This document shows positions 18,382-25,615 of a DNA stretch of 32,018 bases, in pieces. The position numbers and the translations under genes were made by a program. Source of the stretch: Planctomycetota bacterium (GTDB taxonomy: Bacteria > Planctomycetota > SZUA-567); assembly GCA_036745875.1 (NCBI GenBank), contig DAIOFH010000035.1:1-32018 (forward strand). Direction: 5' to 3'. A model generated the notes under the pieces. The model saw only the letters and a program-made list of their open reading frames with translations, was not told where the DNA came from and ran no database searches. Each line of letters opens with the position of its first letter. Position 1 is the stretch's first letter.

Positions 18382-18706
18382 GGTTTTCTCCTTCTTGCAA
18401 GTGAACTCCCCTCGTATCCCCGTATTCGTAGCGAGGTTAAGAGAAGAAAGAATTCTTCCGTTAAAACGATTGATCCATTTGTGCTGAACGTTGTAATTAA
18501 CTGTCAGGATATTATCACCATCATACGCTAATAAAATAATTTTTCACCATAAATTTACCCCGATACGGTACAAATTCCATACTGCCGCCAGGCGGCGCTT
18601 GTCGCCCTTCAATAAAAACCTTTCGGGCAACGGACTGAAACTGTATACTTTGCAGGATTATTCGGGTTGCAGACTAAACAATCACCGTACGCAAGCAGGA
18701 TTAACC

Positions 18707-20128
18707 ATGACGATCAACCTTTACTCCAGTTCGGAACGCGGAAAAGCCGCACTTGAAACGCTTACCCCCGGCCATGTCAACATGTATGTTTGCGGGCCGA
18801 CGGTCTACGACTCATGCCACATAGGACATGCCCGGCCTTCCGTCGTCTTCGACGTTATCCGTCGCTATTTGGAGTACTCGGGACTCTCCGTCACCTTCAT
18901 ATCGAACATCACGGACATCGACGACAAGATAATCAACCGCGCAAGCAGCCTCGGAATCCCTTTCCAGATCCTCGCCCGGCGATACCAGGACGAATACGAA
19001 CGCGACATGGCTGCCCTCGGCGTCATGTCCCCGACGATACGCCCCCGCGCCACCGAACATATCGGCGAAATGATCAGCCTCATCAAGGGACTCGAGGAAA
19101 AGGGCGTGGCCTACGCCACCCCCAACGGCGTCTGGTTCGACGTAACCAAATTCAAGGACTACGGCAAACTCTCCGGCCGCACGGCGGACGACGAAAACAC
19201 CGAACACCGGGTCGAACAAGACCCGGAAAAGCGTAATCCCCAGGATTTCGCCCTGTGGAAGACGGCCAAGCCCGGCGAACCGTCCTGGGACTCCCCGTGG
19301 GGAGCGGGCCGGCCCGGCTGGCACATAGAATGCTCCGCCATGGCCGGGAAGTACTGCGATTTCCAGCTGGACATCCACGGCGGCGGCGCCGACCTCGCCT
19401 TCCCCCACCACGAAAACGAGAAGGCGCAGTCCGAAGCGTTCAGCGGCAAGCCTTTCGTCCGCTATTGGCTGCACAACGGCTTTATCACCGTCGGCAAGAC
19501 CGACGGCGCGGAAGACGAAAAGATGGGCAAGTCGAAAGGCAACGCCTTCTGGCTGAGGGACGCCTTCAAGCTGGCAAGCCCGGCCGCCCTCCGCCTCTGG
19601 ATACTCGGCACCCACTACCGGATGCCCCTCATGTACAAACCGGACCTCCTCCTGCAAAACGAAAACTCCCTCGCCCGCATCTACAACTGCCTTGAGGAAG
19701 TGGCGGGATATGTCGGGGAAGCGGTAAAAGCGGAGGACGGGGCCACCGCCGCCGCCGCAAAGGAGGCCGAAGCCAAGTTCCGCGCCGCCATGGACGACGA
19801 TTTCAATACGCCGCAGGCGCTCGCCGTCGTCTACGAATTGGTGAACATCCTCAACAACGCAGTCCGCGCCAAAGCCCCGGCAGCCGACGTCATCGCAGCC
19901 AGGAACGTAATCTACGCGGTTCTCGGCGTTCTCGGTTTGCCCCTGGAAAAACAGGCTTCAGCCGGTTCCGGCGGCGCGGACGAGGTCATTGACCTCCTTC
20001 TCGCCATAAGGAACGAAGCCCGCGCGGACAAGAACTTCGCGCTCTCGGACCGCATCAGGGACGGCCTCAAGGACCTCGGCATCGTCATCAAGGACCGCGC
20101 CGGGGAGTCAACCTGGGCGAGGGAGTAG
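18707..20128 (+). CDS. cysS: Cysteine--tRNA ligase
   Basis: HIGH (CHIGHARP) and KMGKS (KMSKS-type) class-I motifs, plus the Zn-binding region WGAGRPGWHIECSAM. Start trimmed to MTINLY (ATG 18707), preceded by AGGA; the upstream 36 codons have no CysS counterpart. Confidence 0.9.
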   Translation: MTINLYSSSERGKAALETLTPGHVNMYVCGPTVYDSCHIGHARPSVVFDVIRRYLEYSGLSVTFISNITDIDDKIINRASSLGIPFQILARRYQDEYERDMAALGVMSPTIRPRATEHIGEMISLIKGLEEKGVAYATPNGVWFDVTKFKDYGKLSGRTADDENTEHRVEQDPEKRNPQDFALWKTAKPGEPSWDSPWGAGRPGWHIECSAMAGKYCDFQLDIHGGGADLAFPHHENEKAQSEAFSGKPFVRYWLHNGFITVGKTDGAEDEKMGKSKGNAFWLRDAFKLASPAALRLWILGTHYRMPLMYKPDLLLQNENSLARIYNCLEEVAGYVGEAVKAEDGATAAAAKEAEAKFRAAMDDDFNTPQALAVVYELVNILNNAVRAKAPAADVIAARNVIYAVLGVLGLPLEKQASAGSGGADEVIDLLLAIRNEARADKNFALSDRIRDGLKDLGIVIKDRAGESTWARE

Positions 20129-20186
20129 CGCTCAACACGATACCTTCCGGAAAAGGCGCTCCGGACTTTACCGACAGGCAACCATT

Positions 20187-21599
20187 ATGTCTGCCCGTTT
20201 CGGGTATGCGGGAGATGATGAAGATCCGGCCACAACCAAGGACTTCGCCAGCTACCGCACCATCATCCATTATTCACTGCCGCTGATCCTGTCCTATTCG
20301 GGCGGGATAATCATGCAATTCACCGACCGCATGTTCCTCGCCTGGCATGCTCCCGAATCAGTTGCGGGAGCGGGGACGGCGGGACTGATCTCCATCTGCT
20401 TCCTCAGTTTCTTTTACGTCACCACCGGCTTCACCTCGGTATTCACCTCGCAGTACCTGGGATCGCAAAGGCTGGAAAAAATCGGCCCGGTCGTCTGGCA
20501 GGGCATCTACCTTTCCCTCGCCTTCGGGCTGTTGAGCTACATCCTCGCCTTCCGGTCGCAGGCGCTGTTCGAATGGATAGGACACGAGCCGGCCATCCTG
20601 AGGGCGGAGGTGGAATACTTTTCCGCCGTCATGCAAGGCGGCGTGTTTTTCATGCTCTCTATGGCGTCACTGGGATTTTTCATCGGCAGGGGCGACAACC
20701 GCAAAGTCATGCTGATCCAGCTCGGCGCGATAGCCATCAACATTGCCCTGGACTACGCGATGATTTTCGGCAAATGGGGTTTTCCGGCCTGGGGCGTCGC
20801 CGGAGCGGCCTGGGCAACGGTGCTTTCCCAGGTATTCGCCGTTGTTGCCAGCGTGATGCTGTTCCTGCGCCCATCGTACCGTACCCTCTACCATACGTGG
20901 ACCGCCAAAGTGGAGCCGGCCCTGGCGCTAAGGGTGCTGCGGTTCGGCATGCCCAGCGGGTTCAAGGCGGTTGTCGAGTTGCTGCTGTGGTCGGTTTTCC
21001 TCGGCTTGATCGGCTTATTGGGAACCGTCGAACTGGCGGCGTCCAATGTCGCCTTCACCATCAACAACGTCGCCTGGCAGCCCATGATGGGCGTCTCCAT
21101 GGCGGTGTCGATGCTGGTCGGAAAGGCGCAGGGAGCGGGACGCCCCGACCTGTCGCGGCAGGCGATGGTACGGGGCTTCTGGCTGACGCAGGCCTGGGAA
21201 CTCGCGGGAGCGCTCATGTTCATCCTGTTCCCGTATTTTTTCCTCAACCTGTTCTTTGGCGACCTCCCTCCGGAGCAGGCCGCGCCGCTCCTCTCGACCG
21301 GCAGGCATTTACTGTGGTTTGTCGCGGCCTACTGCCTCATCGACAGCGTCAATGTGGTTTTCGCCCAGGGCCTGATCGGTGCGGGCGATTCGTGGTGGAC
21401 GTCGAAAATGACCTTCATCCTGACGGCGGCGGCGATACTGGCGCTGTTTATCCTCTACCATTTCAACATGGGGCTCTACTCATATTGGGCGGTGGCGACA
21501 CTGTACATCGCCGTGTCCGGCGTAGCCTGGCTCTGGCGCTTTTTCGGCAAGGAATGGGAAAGCATGCGAGTCATCGAGACAGTGGTGGTGGAGGATTAG
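20187..21599 (+). CDS. MATE family efflux transporter
   Basis: 470 aa, about 12 predicted TM helices, MATE-like repeats (e.g. LPLILSYSGGIIMQFTDRMFLAW). Confidence 0.8.
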   Translation: MSARFGYAGDDEDPATTKDFASYRTIIHYSLPLILSYSGGIIMQFTDRMFLAWHAPESVAGAGTAGLISICFLSFFYVTTGFTSVFTSQYLGSQRLEKIGPVVWQGIYLSLAFGLLSYILAFRSQALFEWIGHEPAILRAEVEYFSAVMQGGVFFMLSMASLGFFIGRGDNRKVMLIQLGAIAINIALDYAMIFGKWGFPAWGVAGAAWATVLSQVFAVVASVMLFLRPSYRTLYHTWTAKVEPALALRVLRFGMPSGFKAVVELLLWSVFLGLIGLLGTVELAASNVAFTINNVAWQPMMGVSMAVSMLVGKAQGAGRPDLSRQAMVRGFWLTQAWELAGALMFILFPYFFLNLFFGDLPPEQAAPLLSTGRHLLWFVAAYCLIDSVNVVFAQGLIGAGDSWWTSKMTFILTAAAILALFILYHFNMGLYSYWAVATLYIAVSGVAWLWRFFGKEWESMRVIETVVVED

Positions 21600-21623
21600 A
21601 GGATTAATGGCATATTAATCCTC
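21599..21623. other. Perfect 10-bp AT-rich inverted repeat GAGGATTAAT-ggcat-ATTAATCCTC at the MATE/rtcB convergent junction
   Basis: Read directly from the sequence. The rtcB stop codon lies inside the stem, and gaggatta is tandemly repeated immediately upstream (21591-21606). Confidence 0.4.
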
Positions 21624-22814
21624 CGGCCGTTCCCCTCCCTCAGCCATACGAACCAGTTTGGGCTCGAACTTCGCAACGATTTCCACCAGGTCTTCCTGTT
21701 CGCGCATGACTTCGTCGATATCCTTGTAGGCCATCGGACATTCGTCCAGACCGGCGGAAAGGAGGGTAATGCCGCGTTCGGCGAGGAAGTCCAGCATCTG
21801 CCGCTTGGTGAAGGTGTTTTTCGCCGCGTTGCGGCTCATGCGCCGACCCGCCCCGTGGGAGGCGGACAACAGGGACTTTTCGTTTCCCTTGCCCCTGACC
21901 ACGTAGCCCGGCGTCCCCATTGAACCGGGGATGATTCCAAGCGTACCCAGGGCGGCGGGCGTCGCGCCTTTTCTATGGACAACCACTTCCCGCCCGCCAT
22001 GCGTTTCCTTCCAGGCGAAATTGTGGTGGTTTTCCACATCGGCCAAAACGTCGACGCCCAGGTTCCTGGCGATCTTCTTGTGGATCAGCTGGTGGTTGGC
22101 GGACGAATACTCGCCCATGAGTTCCATGGCCCGCCAGTATTCCCGCCCTTCCTGCGAGTCCAGGTCGAACCAGGCGAGGTACGACTGCTCCTTCGACAGT
22201 TCGGGATGGAGCTTTGCCGCCAGCTTCGAATAATGCTGCGCGATCGCGCCGCCAGTCCCCCGTGAACCGGAGTGCGACAGCAGGGAAAGATATTTTCCTT
22301 CCGCCAATTCGCCCGCATGGCGGCCGGCCTTCTCCGGCCGCGACCACAGTGCGGCAGGTTCGTCCAGGGTCAGGATGCCGAATTCGACAAAATGGTTCCC
22401 CGACCCCGAGGTGCCGAGTTGCGCCCATGCCTTGTCCTTGTTGGCCCGCGTGACCGGCGAGACGTCCCAGTCCATATCCATGACCGGGTGTTCGTTGCGC
22501 TTTTTCATTTTCGAGCCTACGCCAAAGACCGTTTCCCGCAGCAAGGCATTGCGCAGGCGTTCAGCCTGGCCGGTCAGGGCGGAGACGGGCAGGTCCAGGA
22601 CAGTCATTTTCATCCGGCAGGCGATATCCATGCCGACTGCATAGGGGATAACCGCGTCCTCGGTGGCCAATACGCCGCCGATGGGCAGGCCGTAGCCCTG
22701 ATGCGCATCAGGCATCAACGCCGCCGCCACGGAGACGGGGAGGGAACAGGCGTTGCGCATCTGCTTCAGGGCGCCTTCTTCGATATCCGTACCCCACTGG
22801 TTATAGTCGATCAT
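21615..22814 (-). CDS. rtcB: RNA-splicing ligase RtcB (3'-phosphate/5'-hydroxyl RNA ligase)
   Basis: 399 aa; MPDAHQGYGLPIGGV, HNFA, GSRG and other RtcB motifs. AAGGA SD. Starts 4 nt after the rtcA stop. Confidence 0.9.
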   Translation of the reverse strand: MIDYNQWGTDIEEGALKQMRNACSLPVSVAAALMPDAHQGYGLPIGGVLATEDAVIPYAVGMDIACRMKMTVLDLPVSALTGQAERLRNALLRETVFGVGSKMKKRNEHPVMDMDWDVSPVTRANKDKAWAQLGTSGSGNHFVEFGILTLDEPAALWSRPEKAGRHAGELAEGKYLSLLSHSGSRGTGGAIAQHYSKLAAKLHPELSKEQSYLAWFDLDSQEGREYWRAMELMGEYSSANHQLIHKKIARNLGVDVLADVENHHNFAWKETHGGREVVVHRKGATPAALGTLGIIPGSMGTPGYVVRGKGNEKSLLSASHGAGRRMSRNAAKNTFTKRQMLDFLAERGITLLSAGLDECPMAYKDIDEVMREQEDLVEIVAKFEPKLVRMAEGGERPED

Positions 22815-22818
22815 TGTC

Positions 22819-24837
22819 TCATCCTTTATCGCGGCAGGTCACGGTGTATACGGAGTAGTCGTCCGTCTGGTGGTCGAATTTGACCGGCAGGAACGACTCG
22901 ATGACCTGCATGTTGGTTTTACTGTGTTCCGTCAGGGGAAGGGTGGAAAACTCCCCGCCACCCGCCAGGGCGAGCGGCAACAATATCTGGTCGGCGGAAT
23001 GCTTGCCCAGGACGGCCGTCGACGCGGCATACAGCCTTGCGGCGCTTCCGGCGGCGTCAGCCACTTTTTCAGCCCTGAGCGCCTTTTCGCCAAAGGCGGT
23101 GAATACTTCGCTGTGGTCGCCTTTCTCGTCCCGCGCGTCCACCATGACGACATTGCCGGGACCGGCGGACTCGACCTGCAGGACGCGGCATTGGCTGTCC
23201 GACAGGCCGAGGCGACGGCGCAGGGCCTCCGCCTCCCGCTTGGCGACGGATTCCGGCAGCCCGCTGTAGACGCAACAGCCGCTCAATTTCACTTCTCCGC
23301 CGCGTTTCAGCAAAGACAACGGCGACAATTTCCCGCCCTGCACGCGGACTTTTACCTTGCCGCCCCCGGCGGGAAAAAAGCCGTGACGCGCAAGGGCAAC
23401 ATCCACTGCCGCCCCCATGCGCCGCAGCAGCGGCAAAAAGGTGCGTTCGAGGAAATCGTAGGGCGGAGCGAGCGGGTTGTGGGTGCCGCCTTCCAGGGTC
23501 AGGTTCGACTCCCCATCCGCAGACAGCAAGACAGGCAGGACGGTTTGCAAAACCAAAGTCGCGGACCCGGCCGTGCCGATGGCGAACGAATAGTTGCCGT
23601 GCCGGATACGTCCGGGTTTGAACTCGATTTCCGTCGAACCGGGGAAGTCGCCGTCGACCCGGGCGCCGCATATTTCCTCCGCCGCCTTGACAGCGGTCAT
23701 ATGCTGCCGCATAAGTCCCGGCTTGCGCCGCCTGGCTCGGATTTTATCGATGTGCAGCGCAGTTCCCGTGATCATCGACAGGGAAAGGGAGGTGCGCAAC
23801 ACCTGCCCTCCCCCTTCGCCAAGCGATCCATCTATATAAACCATCGGATACTCCTCCCGCCTGGTGATGGTCGCCGCCTCGGAAGCCTTCTTCGCTTCGA
23901 CCACTTTGTTCATGATCGCCTTGATGTCGCCGGGGAGTATTATGTCCCTGACGCCGAAGGAGGTGACCGAATACCCGTACTGCACGGCCTTGGCGCGAAG
24001 CTCCCGTTCCAGATCTCCGGCCAGGGAGTCCTTGTCCGAAAGCAGGCTGTCGAGTTCGACGCCGCCGACCTTTGCCCGCAGCAACAGTTGCGCTTCGCGG
24101 TACAGTGCCTGCTTCGCGTCCACCGATTCGTCCAGGCTTTTCATGACGTCGACGACCCTGCAGGTCAACGAAACGTTCAGCCTCAGCGCCAGCTTGTCGG
24201 CGGTCAACATGTCCTGCCCGCCGATGTCCAGGGTAATTTCCCGCATATCGACGACGCTGGACTGGTTGCCGTCGACAGCCTTCCAATAGACGTATTTCCC
24301 CGGTTCGAGCAAGCCGACGAATTCGCCGTTGTGGTAATACGACGCCTTGCTGCCGGGTCGGACCAGGACGACGAGAAAATGCGCAGCAAACGCCGGGTTC
24401 ATCATGATGCTGTCCAGGTCGGCGTGGACGAATCGGCCATGCTCGTCCCGGATGTCGTATACTTCATAGCGGATATCGACAAGCCCTTTCCACCAGGCCC
24501 AGCGTCCCGGCTCAAGGATACCGCAAAAGACGCCGTCCCGCCAGACCAGCGCCCGCTGATTGGAGTCAAGATCGAGGAGCGCCACTTCCTCTTCGGGCAA
24601 AAGACCGGACTTGACCATGGCGGGAAGCTGTTCGTGCCTGAACCACGGGTCGAGGCGGGAGAAGACCTCCATGGTATACTCCCCCATGGGGTCGAAAATC
24701 CATTTCTCGTCCTTTTCAAGCAGGCCCTGGAATTTGCCGTTTCTCCACAACAGGCCGCGCTGATAATCACGGACGCGAAATTTCCTGAGTCCGGCGAAAT
24801 AGGTGGCAACGTCGCCGATGAATTTGAGGGTGCCCAT
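22819..24837 (-). CDS. rtcA: SPFH/band-7 domain :: RNA 3'-terminal phosphate cyclase RtcA fusion protein (672 aa)
   Basis: The C-terminal 341 aa align along their length to RtcA (YIDGSLGEGGGQVLRTSLSLSMITG, RQHMTAVKAAEEICGA, LVLQTVLPVLL, DQILLPLALAGGGEF, LTEHSKTN). The N-terminal 331 aa form an SPFH domain (VVDMREITLDIGGQDMLTADKLALRLNVSLTCRVVD...GYSVTSFGVRDIILPGDIKAIMNK). A single ORF with no stop between them. ATG at 24835-24837 with AGGAGA SD; the ORF-track M1 is a TTG. Confidence 0.8.
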   Translation of the reverse strand: MGTLKFIGDVATYFAGLRKFRVRDYQRGLLWRNGKFQGLLEKDEKWIFDPMGEYTMEVFSRLDPWFRHEQLPAMVKSGLLPEEEVALLDLDSNQRALVWRDGVFCGILEPGRWAWWKGLVDIRYEVYDIRDEHGRFVHADLDSIMMNPAFAAHFLVVLVRPGSKASYYHNGEFVGLLEPGKYVYWKAVDGNQSSVVDMREITLDIGGQDMLTADKLALRLNVSLTCRVVDVMKSLDESVDAKQALYREAQLLLRAKVGGVELDSLLSDKDSLAGDLERELRAKAVQYGYSVTSFGVRDIILPGDIKAIMNKVVEAKKASEAATITRREEYPMVYIDGSLGEGGGQVLRTSLSLSMITGTALHIDKIRARRRKPGLMRQHMTAVKAAEEICGARVDGDFPGSTEIEFKPGRIRHGNYSFAIGTAGSATLVLQTVLPVLLSADGESNLTLEGGTHNPLAPPYDFLERTFLPLLRRMGAAVDVALARHGFFPAGGGKVKVRVQGGKLSPLSLLKRGGEVKLSGCCVYSGLPESVAKREAEALRRRLGLSDSQCRVLQVESAGPGNVVMVDARDEKGDHSEVFTAFGEKALRAEKVADAAGSAARLYAASTAVLGKHSADQILLPLALAGGGEFSTLPLTEHSKTNMQVIESFLPVKFDHQTDDYSVYTVTCRDKG

Positions 24838-25163
24838 TGTTTTCTCCTTCTCTATCTTTTCTTCGTATGGTTGTTCTGTAAAAATTGGCTTCGCAAAGAC
24901 CGGACTACGCACGTCCAAGCATTACTCAACGGGGAAGCGGCGGAGAAAAGCGGAGCGGACTGGATTTCGCCGGCATCGGGAATACGCTTCAGCCCGACGA
25001 CGCCCTGCCTTTCCTTTCCCCGTTTGCCCGTACCGTTTCCGCAGGCCGGTTTTACTTTTCCTCGGGACGGGATGCGGATTTCGCCGAATTCCCGTCTTTA
25101 GAGGACAGACGCTCGTTTTCCTTTCTTCCCGAAGCCAAAACTGGTGGAAAGAGGCAACCCTTT

Positions 25164-25236
25164 CCCAAGGAGTGGGAGTTGAACCCACGACCCGCTGATC
25201 CATAGTCAGCTGCTCTACCCACTGAGCTATCCGAGA
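25164..25236 (-). ncRNA. tRNA-like element 1: canonical D, anticodon-like and T arms; weakened acceptor stem; loop CUAUGGA; no CCA
   Basis: Minus-strand read UCUCGGA-UA-GCUC-AGUGGGUA-GAGC-A-GCUGA-CUAUGGA-UCAGC-GGGUC-GUGGG-UUCAACU-CCCAC-UCCUUGG-G. The acceptor pairs only 5 of 7 positions (internal UU/CU mismatch). The would-be anticodon AUG is not a natural bacterial anticodon. Confidence 0.5.
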
Positions 25237-25308
25237 TGGTGGACAATACGGGAGTCGAACCCGCCGGGAGTCGTCTCGGACCCGCCGCCATACCGTCATG
25301 GATTGCCC
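25237..25308 (-). ncRNA. tRNA-like element 2: perfect acceptor stem, T arm and encoded CCA, but a non-canonical core
   Basis: Minus-strand read GGGCAAU-CCAU-GACGGU-AUGG-CGGC-GGGUC-CGAGAC-GACUC-CCG-GCGGG-UUCGACU-CCCGU-AUUGUCC-A-CCA. The D-like stem starts at position 8 and the would-be anticodon loop is 6 nt. Abuts element 1 head to tail. Confidence 0.5.
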
Positions 25309-25414
25309 CGCTCGGCCCGATTCTTTTCAGAACCCGTTCCCCGGTACAGGCCCGACCGATCTTTTGGGAGAGGCGGGAATGCCGGCGGAAGAATCGAACA
25401 CGCTTTTGGTAAAA

Positions 25415-25429
25415 ACAACAGGCTTGCCA
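25415..25429 (-). promoter_or_regulatory. Candidate sigma-54 (-24/-12) promoter for the tRNA-like elements and rtcAB
   Basis: The minus strand reads TGGCAAgcctgTTGTT, which has the exact TGGCAC-N5-TTGC spacing, GG conserved, and GC replaced by GT. It lies about 105 nt upstream of tRNA-like element 2 and is oriented toward rtcA/rtcB. RtcR has a GAFTGA motif, implying a sigma-54 target nearby. Confidence 0.3.
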
Positions 25430-25546
25430 AAAATAAACAGGGCACAGCCAAAATCGGCAGAATCATGCAACATATTCATTATGAGGCAGTTAAAAAAGAA
25501 TTTATTAATTTGCGATGAAATTGCTTTTTCTTTGGCGGGGAGGCAG

Positions 25547-25575
25547 TTGAAAACATGTGAAGACGATATTATAAT
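25547..25575 (+). promoter_or_regulatory. Sigma-70 promoter of rtcR (TTGAAA-N17-TATAAT)
   Basis: TTGAAA at 25547-25552, a 17-nt spacer, TATAAT at 25570-25575; the rtcR ATG is at 25616 with GAGGCAGGA SD. Confidence 0.5.
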
Positions 25576-25615
25576 TAATTCTACATTTTATAATTTTTTA
25601 TAATGAGGCAGGATC

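Noticed and set aside
18382-18706. T-box or other riboswitch leader upstream of cysS
   Set aside because: There is no specifier or antiterminator-like structure or conserved T-box sequence. The region is more simply a divergent promoter region for rubredoxin and cysS. T-boxes are also not expected in this kind of organism
22870-25101. 743-aa plus-strand ORF
   Set aside because: It lies entirely antisense to the SPFH-rtcA gene and the tRNA-like elements. Its translation is low complexity (R/G/A/P-rich) with no recognisable domain, as expected for a GC-driven antisense ORF
24922-25299. 125-aa minus-strand ORF across the tRNA-like elements
   Set aside because: Its translation (for example WVEQLTMDQRVVGSTPTP) is the typical read-through of tRNA-like sequence. 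The region is better explained as structured RNA and 5' UTR
25164-25308. Calling the two elements ordinary tRNA genes (for example tRNA-His or tRNA-Met)
   Set aside because: Element 1 would have anticodon AUG and a mismatched acceptor stem with no CCA. Element 2 has a 6-nt would-be anticodon loop and a displaced D arm. Neither can be a standard decoding tRNA
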